Assembly: GCA_038245295.1 (NCBI GenBank)
Contig: JBBRSP010000003.1
Span: 288,001-352,000, forward strand
DNA: 64,000 nucleotides
Source of the DNA: Candidatus Binatia bacterium
GTDB taxonomy: Bacteria > Desulfobacterota > Binatia > HRBIN30
Direction of reading: 5' to 3'
The notes under the pieces are model-generated. The model made no database searches, was not told the origin of the DNA, and worked only from the letters and a program-made list of their open reading frames with translations. A program made the translations under genes and the position numbers. Position 1 is the stretch's first letter. The number at the start of each line of letters is the position of its first letter. Positions 30,861 to 39,061 of the stretch are shown piece by piece.

Positions 30861-31833
30861 GGCAGACACTGCGGCAACGGACGTGCGGCGGGCGCGTCGC
30901 GTCTTCGCCATCGAAGTCGCAGCGCTGCAGGCTGTCGCGAAGCGCCTCGACGCCGGGTTCGCCGAGGCCATCGAGATCCTCGCTTCTTGTCGTGGCAAGA
31001 TCGTGGTCACTGGTCTGGGCAAATCCGGAATCATTTGCCGCAAGATCGCCGCGACCCTGACGAGCACCGGTTCGCCGGCGGTGTTCCTACACGCCGCCGA
31101 AGCGGTGCACGGCGACGCCGGAGTCTTTACCAAAGGCGATTGCGTGATCGCGTTGTCGACAAGCGGCGAGACGGAAGTCGTGGCGCTGCTACCGATTGTG
31201 AAACGCCTCAACCTGCCGTTGATTGCTCTCACCGGGCGGCGTACGTCGACACTTGGCGCCGCCGCCGACGTCGTGCTCGACGTGGGAGTGGCGGAAGAGG
31301 CATGCCCGATGGGTTTGGCACCAACGGCGAGCACGACGGTCGCGCTCGCCATGGGGGACGCCCTCGCTGTGGTGCTGCTCGAGCGCAAAGGCTTCGACCG
31401 CAACGACTTCGCCGGGATCCATCCGGGCGGCGCGCTCGGCCGCCGTTTCCTGAAAGTCAGTGAGCTCATGCATGGCGACGAGCAGATGCCGTTGGTTGGC
31501 GGGAGCGCCGGGTTCAGTCAGACGCTGATGGAGATTACCTCAAAACGTTTGGGCATCACGGGCGTGGTGAATGGGCGCGGGCGGTTGATTGGTGCGATCA
31601 CCGACGGCGATGTGCGGCGCGCTCTGGAGCGGCTTGGTGATCTGCGCCAGGCGCGAGCCGGTGAACTGATGAGCAAAGCTCCCAAGACGATCGGTGCGGA
31701 CGCTCTGGGTGAGCAGGCGGTTGCCCTAATGGAGCGCCACAGTATTACGGCGCTTTTTGTCGTTCACCCGCGCTCGGGGCATCCGCTCGGGGTGATTCAC
31801 TTGCATGACCTGTTGAAGGCTGGGGTCGTGTAG
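30835..31833 (+). CDS. kdsD: arabinose-5-phosphate isomerase (KpsF/GutQ)
   Basis: GLGKSG, EAVHGD, APTASTT, HPGGALG and a CBS pair. Confidence 0.92.
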   Translation: MPSSKNPRKADTAATDVRRARRVFAIEVAALQAVAKRLDAGFAEAIEILASCRGKIVVTGLGKSGIICRKIAATLTSTGSPAVFLHAAEAVHGDAGVFTKGDCVIALSTSGETEVVALLPIVKRLNLPLIALTGRRTSTLGAAADVVLDVGVAEEACPMGLAPTASTTVALAMGDALAVVLLERKGFDRNDFAGIHPGGALGRRFLKVSELMHGDEQMPLVGGSAGFSQTLMEITSKRLGITGVVNGRGRLIGAITDGDVRRALERLGDLRQARAGELMSKAPKTIGADALGEQAVALMERHSITALFVVHPRSGHPLGVIHLHDLLKAGVV

Positions 31834-31851
31834 GCCCTGCCGCGAGGCTCC

Positions 31852-32847
31852 GTGAATCCAATTCGCCGCTATTACAAGTCGTCGCCGCGCCTGCGCCGGT
31901 TGTCGCGACAGATCAAGAACGCCTTCATCGGCAATGCGGCGCGGTTCGCTCTCTGGTCGATCGGGTTGCTGTCTCTGGAACGTGCACTGGCGTTTGGCGA
32001 TTTCGTCGGCGCCACCGCCTATCGGTTGCTCGGCGGTTCACGGCGCTTGGCGCTCGAGCATCTGGAACTTGCGTTCGGCGATCAGTTGACGCCGCGGGTA
32101 CGCGAGCGCGTCGCGCGCACCGCGTTCATCAATGCGGCACGCTCGTTCTGTGAGCTGGCCAAAATCGACATGATTCTGCGCCGCCCCGAATACATCGACA
32201 CGTTGGGTTGGGAGCACGCCGAGGCGCTGCGGGATGGAGGCAAAGGCTCCATCGTGATCACCGGCCACATTGGCAATTGGGAGCTGCTGGCGGCCTACTT
32301 TGTGTCGCGCGGCCTGCCGGTCGCTGCGATCGCTCGACGCATCTACGCTGAGGGGTTGAACGAGCTGCTCGTCAACTTCCGCTCGCGCCACGGCGTTGAG
32401 ACGATTCTGCGCGAGAGTCCGAGCTCGGCGCGGCAGATTCTACGGGCGCTGAAGGGTAATTCCGTCCTGGCGATGCTCATCGACCAGGACACGCACGCTC
32501 CCTCGGTTTCGGTGCCGTTCTTCGGAAAACTGGCGCGCACTCCGGCGGCGGCCGCCGCCCTGGCGATACGCCGCGATATTCCTGTTGTCGCCGTGTTCAT
32601 GCAACGGCGCGACGATTTCGGTTGGCGTGTCGAGGTCAGCCCGCCATTCAAGATCGAGCGCACCGGGGATCACCGCAGCGATGTCCACAAGCTCACGGCG
32701 CAGTTTAGCGAGGCGCTGGAAGGGCATATCCGCAAGAGTCCGACCGACTGGGTGTGGTGGCATCGGCGCTGGCGTCGCGGACCGATTCCCCGCCTTGATC
32801 TCGATCCGGAAGTTCCTTATCAGCCTGACCAGTCTCGGACCGATTAG
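31852..32847 (+). CDS. LpxL/HtrB-family lipid A acyltransferase
   Basis: GHIGNWE, LIDQD, VPFFG and WVWWHRRW. Confidence 0.9.
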   Translation: MNPIRRYYKSSPRLRRLSRQIKNAFIGNAARFALWSIGLLSLERALAFGDFVGATAYRLLGGSRRLALEHLELAFGDQLTPRVRERVARTAFINAARSFCELAKIDMILRRPEYIDTLGWEHAEALRDGGKGSIVITGHIGNWELLAAYFVSRGLPVAAIARRIYAEGLNELLVNFRSRHGVETILRESPSSARQILRALKGNSVLAMLIDQDTHAPSVSVPFFGKLARTPAAAAALAIRRDIPVVAVFMQRRDDFGWRVEVSPPFKIERTGDHRSDVHKLTAQFSEALEGHIRKSPTDWVWWHRRWRRGPIPRLDLDPEVPYQPDQSRTD

Positions 32848-32867
32848 CTCGGAGGCGCTGTCGCATC

Positions 32868-33422
32868 ATGACTCCAGATCCTCGCGTCATTCTGATGATG
32901 AACTACTACCGTGACGCCGAATTACGCGGCGCCAACCTGTTGTTCCGCTTGATGTCTCATCTGGACGACGCGGACTCTCAGCTCAAACTGTCGCTGCACT
33001 TCCATGAGGAAACTCGCCATGCGTGGTTATGGACGAAGCGGATCAGCGATCTTGGTGGTGTCCCGGCGAAGGTTCGCGACGGCTATCAGTCGCGCATCGG
33101 CTTACGCACCGTCCCACGTAGCCTGATCGAGATTCTTGCCCTGACCGTCATCGTCGAGGAGCGCTCTCTGGCACGTTACAAGGAGCATGCCGCCCGACCG
33201 GACGTCGATCGCGAGACGCTGGCGGTGCTGCAGGAAGTGTCGAAAGACGAGAAGTGGCACATCACCTGGATTCGCAACAAGCTCGAAGCACTGGCCAAGG
33301 CCGAAGGCGCCGAGGACAAGATGCGTCAAGCACTCGAGCGTTATACGGAGATCGACCGCCAGGTCTACGGCGAGTTGCAAGAGAAGGAGCGGCAGGCATT
33401 CGCCTCGCCGTCGCAGGGCTGA
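32868..33422 (+). CDS. ferritin-like di-iron protein
   Basis: DAEL...EETRH...VEE...DEKWH di-iron ligand pattern; GGAGG RBS. Confidence 0.85.
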   Translation: MTPDPRVILMMNYYRDAELRGANLLFRLMSHLDDADSQLKLSLHFHEETRHAWLWTKRISDLGGVPAKVRDGYQSRIGLRTVPRSLIEILALTVIVEERSLARYKEHAARPDVDRETLAVLQEVSKDEKWHITWIRNKLEALAKAEGAEDKMRQALERYTEIDRQVYGELQEKERQAFASPSQG

Positions 33423-33434
33423 AGCACGTCTGAT

Positions 33435-34403
33435 GTGAAGCAATCGAGCGCCGCGGATTCGCTACCGCCGGCGTCCCCACCCCCTTCTGCGACGCGTAAG
33501 GATCGGATCGAGTTTGCGGTGTTTCGCGCCGTAATGGTTCTGCTCGGCGCTCTACCGCGCCGATTTGGACTACGTCTCGGGGCGGCCATTGGCGAGTTGT
33601 TGTACGTGTTCGATCGGCGCGACCGCGCGGTCGCCCTGTTCAACCTGAACATTGCCTTTCCGGACAAGAGCGAGGCCGAGCGACGGCGGATCCTACGGGC
33701 CAGTTGCCGCAACCTGGGACGCCTCGCGGCTGAGTATTGCTACTTCGATCGCTGCAGCGCCGCGGAGATTCTGTCGCACGTCGATTCCGACAACCCGGCC
33801 TGGAAGGCGTTGATGGAACGCAGCACACACGAGGCGGTGCTGGTCGTGACGGCGCACTTCGGCAACTGGGAATTGTTGATCGAGGCGCAGGGACTGCTCG
33901 GCTATCCGGTCCACCTGATCCAAAAGCCGATGCGCAACCCGCTCGTCGATGCGGTGGTCAACGGACGACGGCAAAAGACCGGCACGCGCACGTTGCCGAA
34001 AAAGGCCGCGGCGCGTGATGCCTTACGCGCTCTCAAACGCGGCCCCGGTTTCGTGGCGATTCCGGGGGACCAAAATCAAACGTTGAGCTTCGGGGTGTTT
34101 GTAGACTTCTTCGGCAAACCGGCGTGTACGACACCGGGCGCGGCGCGTTTCGCCATGATGACTGGTGCCCCGGTGTATGCGGTTGTCCTGGCGCGGGTAG
34201 GCGAAAGCGATCAGCACCGCTTCGAGGTTTTGCCGCCAATCGAAATCGTCTCCACCGGCGATCGCGATCGCGACGTGATTACCAACACTCAACATTGCTC
34301 CGACGCGATCGAAACCTTCATCCGTCGTTACCCGGAGCAATGGATCTGGTTCCACAAGCGCTGGAAGACCCGGCCGCCAGGTGAGCCGAAGTTGTATACG
34401 TAA
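33435..34403 (+). CDS. LpxL/HtrB-family lipid A acyltransferase
   Basis: AHFGNWE, GDQN, VDFFG and PEQWIWFHKRWK. Confidence 0.9.
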   Translation: MKQSSAADSLPPASPPPSATRKDRIEFAVFRAVMVLLGALPRRFGLRLGAAIGELLYVFDRRDRAVALFNLNIAFPDKSEAERRRILRASCRNLGRLAAEYCYFDRCSAAEILSHVDSDNPAWKALMERSTHEAVLVVTAHFGNWELLIEAQGLLGYPVHLIQKPMRNPLVDAVVNGRRQKTGTRTLPKKAAARDALRALKRGPGFVAIPGDQNQTLSFGVFVDFFGKPACTTPGAARFAMMTGAPVYAVVLARVGESDQHRFEVLPPIEIVSTGDRDRDVITNTQHCSDAIETFIRRYPEQWIWFHKRWKTRPPGEPKLYT

Positions 34404-34404
34404 G

Positions 34405-34525
34405 CCCTCGCCCGAGCCCACGCCCCTGCCCGCGCCTTGCAGCTGAGCGGATTGCCGATGGGCATGCAGGTTCGTACTGTCTCGCGCAACGCAGGCGGGG
34501 GCGACGGTGTGGGCTCGGGCGAGGG
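34405..34525. repeat. hexamer-based long inverted repeat between convergent genes
   Basis: CCCTCGCCCGAGCCCAC (34405-34421) pairs perfectly with GTGGGCTCGGGCGAGGG (34509-34525). Confidence 0.7.
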
Positions 34526-34526
34526 G

Positions 34527-35627
34527 TTAGCCCAACTGCATTACCGTGCGAATCCCGCGCCCGGCTCGCATATCGGCGAACGCCTCGTTGATCTCCCCAA
34601 GCGGCCGCCGGTGGGTGATCAGGCCGGCGAGGTCAAGCCGACCGGACTGGTAGAGATTGATGAATCGCGGGATTTCCCGTCGCGCGTTGCAACTTCCGAG
34701 AGCGCAGCCGATGAGCTTCTTCTCCGACAAGGTGAACAAGGCGGCCGGGGCGATGTTGATGACGTCATCCATCGGCGCGGCACCGACGCAGACAGTGGTG
34801 CCGCCGTTGCGCGTCGTGCGTAGGCAGATGTCGATCAAACTGGCGCGACCGACGGCGTCGAAGGCGTAGTCGACGCCGACACTGGTGATATCCATGACGC
34901 GTGTCCACAGATCGTCCGTAGTCGGATCAACGAGATCCGTCGCTCCGAAGTGAGTGGCGGCATGGCGTCGGCTGGCAACTGGATCGGCGGCAATGATTCG
35001 ACTCGCCCCGGCCAGACGTGCGCCCTGCACGATGTTGAGGCCGATGCCGCCGAGCCCGACGACGAGAACCGTCGCGCCCTCTTCAACCCGGGCGGTGTTG
35101 AGGACCGCACCGACGCCGGTCTGAACCGAACAGCCGATGACACAGGCGACATCAAGGGGAACCTCGTCGGGAATCTTGATCGCGCCGCTGGCGGCGCAGA
35201 CGACGTAGTCGCCGAAGCCACCGAGACCGACACCGCGGTAGAGCACCTCGCCGTTGCGTGACAGACCGGTGGTGCCGTCGAGGAACGTGTTTGTGCTCAG
35301 GCTCATGGCGTTGACACAGACGCCATACTCGCCGCGGACGCACCAGTAACAGGTGCCGCAGGCAGGGATGGGCGTGAGAATGACGTGGTCACCGACGGTT
35401 AGTGTGCCGACGTCCGTTCCCACGGCGTCGACAACCCCGGCTGCCTCATGCCCTAGGATGATCGGCGTTGGCGCGGGAAAGACGCCGTCGGCAAGACTCA
35501 GGTCGGAGTGGCAGACACCACAGTTCGTCACGCGTACGCGTACCTGCCCACTGTTGGGCGGCACGATGTCGATCTTGTCCCAAATCTCAAACGGCTTCGC
35601 GAGTTCCGTGAGCACGGCGGCACGCAT
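34527..35627 (-). CDS. Zn-dependent alcohol dehydrogenase (class III-like)
   Basis: GVCHSD, GHEAAG, CGTCYWC-x7-C and GLGGIG. Confidence 0.92.
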   Translation of the reverse strand: MRAAVLTELAKPFEIWDKIDIVPPNSGQVRVRVTNCGVCHSDLSLADGVFPAPTPIILGHEAAGVVDAVGTDVGTLTVGDHVILTPIPACGTCYWCVRGEYGVCVNAMSLSTNTFLDGTTGLSRNGEVLYRGVGLGGFGDYVVCAASGAIKIPDEVPLDVACVIGCSVQTGVGAVLNTARVEEGATVLVVGLGGIGLNIVQGARLAGASRIIAADPVASRRHAATHFGATDLVDPTTDDLWTRVMDITSVGVDYAFDAVGRASLIDICLRTTRNGGTTVCVGAAPMDDVINIAPAALFTLSEKKLIGCALGSCNARREIPRFINLYQSGRLDLAGLITHRRPLGEINEAFADMRAGRGIRTVMQLG

Positions 35628-35773
35628 TCAGTGTCCTCCAGAGCGTCGTGATTTCATTGCGCCGCGGCGGGTGCAACCCCCTGCGGTGTTGGCCTGAGTT
35701 ACATGAGTGCCTCGCCCCCGACCCTCACTGACCTGCTTCGCAGGCGCGAGAGTCGGTTCCTTCGCCCGTTTGA

Positions 35774-37144
35774 TCAGCGCGGCGTTTCGAAGGAGTGCGC
35801 GCCGATAAGCAGAGCGGAGTAAACCTCGAGGCCCTCGGGCTGGTCGCTATCCACTTCGAGTACGGCAAGGCGAACCGATCCGTCCCTCAGGAAGTCGATC
35901 TGCATGAAACCGGGGTGCAGGGAGTTGGACTGGGCGAACAGGGTATGGCGGTTGGTGCCGACGTCGGAGGCGCGTGAGCCCATTCCGGAGACCAGGCTGT
36001 AGCGTGCGCCGCGTGTCGACTCGAACAGTTGCAGACTGTGGTCGTGCCCGGCAGCCCAGACCAGGGGGGCGGCGCCTTCTTTGGCGGCCTCGGCGAGTGA
36101 TAATGTAAATGACTGGCGCATGTGTTTGTAGGTGCCATTCGACGCGTCCTGCGGGCTTGGCGAACAACACTGGCGCAGTCCGACCACCAGCGAGCCTAGT
36201 CCCGGCAATGGAATCCATTGCAGGTAGAATGGAACGTAGTGTTGCAAGATCCGCAACGGGAAGAAGTGCGCCAAGGGGTCGGAGAAACCGCCGTGGGGCC
36301 CTTCGCTCTCCAGCGGATGATGGGCGGCGACGATCACCCAACGCCGTTGTGCGGCGGCCGCTTTGAGCTCCGTGACCAGGGCGCTGCGGACCTGCGGCTC
36401 CGTGCGTTCGGTGCAGTTGGAAGTGGCGGTTTCCCAGGCGAGATCGTGCTTCAAGCGAGGGTCGAGCCACCATTGCGTGTTTAGGGTAATGAGCTCGCCC
36501 ATCGCACCAAGTGGGATGGCGGTCGGCCCGGCGCAACCGCCGGCCGGCAACAACTCGGCGTTGACATCGGTGTAGACGTCGGCTGCCTGGATGAACTTCT
36601 CCTCCTCGAGAATCCGCGACCAGCCGCCTGGTTCGAACTGATCATAATCGTGGTTGCCGGGAACGAAGATGGCGCGTGCCTTGGTGCCGCGCACCACATC
36701 GAGCTGTGCGTTGAGGGACTGCTCCGCCGCTTGGCGGCTGGCGAACAGATCGAGGAACACCGCGTCGGCGATTTGCTTGGCTGTGTCGGCAGCTTGCTCC
36801 CCCGGCTTGGTCACCGGTGGTGGCATACCGCGCTCGTACACATTGTCGCCCAGGAAGGTGACCGTGGTGCGATCCGGCATCTGCCGCGCCTGGTAGGCGA
36901 GGAGGCTGAGTAGCGCATCGCCATTGAGATTGGCGTCGCCGGCATCGCCGATGAGGAGCAGTCGATGGTCGATATCGACCAGGCGCGCCGGCTCGACCGA
37001 AGTCGGTTGGTCGGCTCGATAATACGGATTCAGATGAGTGCAGGCGCTGCTCGTCGCGACACCGAGCACGACGAGCACCCAACGCCAATCTGATCGGCCG
37101 CTGCGTCGACGTCGGCGGCTAGAAGGTGCGGATCTCACCGGCAT
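35774..37144 (-). CDS. calcineurin-like metallophosphoesterase, probable lipoprotein
   Basis: IGDAG, GDNVY, GNHD, HHP and GHDH; basic N-terminus, hydrophobic stretch, SSA-C. Confidence 0.85.
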   Translation of the reverse strand: MPVRSAPSSRRRRRSGRSDWRWVLVVLGVATSSACTHLNPYYRADQPTSVEPARLVDIDHRLLLIGDAGDANLNGDALLSLLAYQARQMPDRTTVTFLGDNVYERGMPPPVTKPGEQAADTAKQIADAVFLDLFASRQAAEQSLNAQLDVVRGTKARAIFVPGNHDYDQFEPGGWSRILEEEKFIQAADVYTDVNAELLPAGGCAGPTAIPLGAMGELITLNTQWWLDPRLKHDLAWETATSNCTERTEPQVRSALVTELKAAAAQRRWVIVAAHHPLESEGPHGGFSDPLAHFFPLRILQHYVPFYLQWIPLPGLGSLVVGLRQCCSPSPQDASNGTYKHMRQSFTLSLAEAAKEGAAPLVWAAGHDHSLQLFESTRGARYSLVSGMGSRASDVGTNRHTLFAQSNSLHPGFMQIDFLRDGSVRLAVLEVDSDQPEGLEVYSALLIGAHSFETPR

Positions 37145-38087
37145 CGATTCGACTCAGGAGGATTCGCAGACGCTCGGCGATGGCGTCGAGCTGCGCGCGT
37201 GTCAGACCAAACTGCAAACCCCAAGGCGCCGGTCGCTCGTTCTCGTCGGGAGAAATGTTCGCTCCGGGTGGCACATTACGCAGGATGCCGGCGGAGTCCT
37301 TTTCGAGTTGGCCGAGGACGGCGAGGCGGTCGAGGTCCCGCCGCGTCACCTTGCGTAACCGCGCAATCGAGGCGGCCGGCAGCGGGACATGGATCTCGTT
37401 GAAGTGTTTCATGAAGAAGTTGTAGAGCACGCCGCCGAAGGCGATGCCGTTGTCGATGGAGAACAGCCGCGGATCGGCGGGGTCGGTTGATTGCAGGAAG
37501 TTGCTGGCTCGGGCGTCACGGTTGTCCGTGAGGTAGTGCAGCAAGTTCAGATTGGCGAAGCTGGTCGCATAGGCCCAATCCTGCCGAAATCGCTGCTCGT
37601 CGTAGGCGCTGTCCGGTTGCTTGACGTTGTCCAGCCAAGCCGCCAGCGCACCATACACGCACCGGGTTCCTGGGAATGTGGGCTGAGCGGCGGCATCGAT
37701 CGCCTTGTAGGTGTCGAGCGCAATACAACGGGCGACGACCGGCGGTACGATGTACCGGTCGTCGTCGAGGAACAGGAATTGCGCTGCATAGGCGCCGATC
37801 TCACGCGGTGGCGAGTCGTTCCAACTGTCGCCGGTTGGGGTAGCGGCCTTCCACTTCGCCTTGATCAGGTACGGTTCCGTGGCGAACTGGAGTTTCGTTT
37901 TCTTGGCGCCCATGACACCGGCGCCGGCGCCGGCAGCTTCAACGATGACGAAGTCGTCGTTCGCGAGGCGGTCCCGTAACGGCGCCGGTGGCAACGGCAG
38001 GTTGGCCGCGGATGCGCGCACCATCGGGGTGAAGGAAAGGAGTGCCAACAGGTAGGCAAGTCCGCGAAGAGGCCGTCGGTTCGTCAT
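37119..38087 (-). CDS. exported atypical kinase-like protein
   Basis: Signal peptide; GAGAGVMG loop, AKWK, REIGAY, VPPVVAR, DARASN and IDNG; ATGA overlap with the upstream gene. Confidence 0.7.
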   Translation of the reverse strand: MTNRRPLRGLAYLLALLSFTPMVRASAANLPLPPAPLRDRLANDDFVIVEAAGAGAGVMGAKKTKLQFATEPYLIKAKWKAATPTGDSWNDSPPREIGAYAAQFLFLDDDRYIVPPVVARCIALDTYKAIDAAAQPTFPGTRCVYGALAAWLDNVKQPDSAYDEQRFRQDWAYATSFANLNLLHYLTDNRDARASNFLQSTDPADPRLFSIDNGIAFGGVLYNFFMKHFNEIHVPLPAASIARLRKVTRRDLDRLAVLGQLEKDSAGILRNVPPGANISPDENERPAPWGLQFGLTRAQLDAIAERLRILLSRIDAGEIRTF

Positions 38088-39061
38088 GATGCGATCTGCC
38101 TCCGTTCGTCGGTCCGTGCCGCGGCTTGGATGTCGGTTTGGGTGGCGTCGCCCAAGCGCTGCTGCAGCATGAGAAGATGCCGCGCCGAATAGGCGAGAAT
38201 GGCCGCCGCGACATGGAAATGGTCTTCGGCAATATCGAGCAGCAAAGGGACATCGATGCGAATGGCTACCACGTCGGTCTCGGCCTCCACCGCATAGGAG
38301 TGGGGAACGCCGCCAAATGCCGCGTCGAGGCCGAGCAGGTGACCGGCGTCGACCTGCCAGATATCCGCTCCGTCGCCTTCGCATCGTAAGCGGCCTTGGA
38401 CCACCAGAAGGAGGAACTCGGGGCGCGCGTCACGTTCCCAAAGGCGTGCGCCGGCGGTGATGCGAACCTCACCACACTCGCGGATCAGCGCCGCCAGAAC
38501 GCCGACACCGAACGGTCGTAACTCCGGACGCCGCTGCAGCCAGATGAGCTGCTCGACGTATTCCAGCGATGGGGAGGGCGGCGGACCCGGGGGCGCCGGG
38601 ACAGAGAAATGGCCCGGCGTCTGCGAAGCCAGTTGCCGTTGCAGCGCACGTACCTGCCGCCCCATGGCGCTACGCAGTCGGAGGAAGACCCCGAATTGCT
38701 CTTCGATGACCTCGAGCAGGGCGCGGCTGTCGATCACCAGGGCGAGGGAGTTGGTTTCGGCGCTGACGCGCGTATCACTCTCGACCCCAGCCAGGAGTTC
38801 GACGATGCCGAGCACCGCCGGTGAGCTCAATCGACGCCGAGCCCCACGATTTTCGAGCGTAACGCTGCCCTCGACCAGCAGCCGCACACTGTCGACGCGC
38901 CGGTGGGGTTCGGCCAACACCGCGCCGCGTCGAAGCCATTCCTCTCGCATCAGCTGCGCCAACGTCGCCAGCTCATTGGCGTGCAGGTCGCTGAACACGG
39001 GCAGTGATCGCAAGTGGAGCGCTCTTTGTAATGGTTCGACCATTGGCAGCCTATGCTTCAT
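38084..39061 (-). CDS. tandem cNMP-binding-fold protein
   Basis: Two repeats: LRSLPVFSDL...LLVEGSV and LQRRPEL...LVVQGRL, each followed by AET. Confidence 0.8.
   Translation of the reverse strand: MKHRLPMVEPLQRALHLRSLPVFSDLHANELATLAQLMREEWLRRGAVLAEPHRRVDSVRLLVEGSVTLENRGARRRLSSPAVLGIVELLAGVESDTRVSAETNSLALVIDSRALLEVIEEQFGVFLRLRSAMGRQVRALQRQLASQTPGHFSVPAPPGPPPSPSLEYVEQLIWLQRRPELRPFGVGVLAALIRECGEVRITAGARLWERDARPEFLLLVVQGRLRCEGDGADIWQVDAGHLLGLDAAFGGVPHSYAVEAETDVVAIRIDVPLLLDIAEDHFHVAAAILAYSARHLLMLQQRLGDATQTDIQAAARTDERRQIAS

Noticed and set aside
37119..38384. Long N-terminal extensions in track ORFs (also 612, 9443-10678, 11666-13360, 41835-42779)
   Set aside because: They overlap upstream genes or promoters; internal starts with an RBS, a leaderless -10 motif or ATGA coupling fit better.
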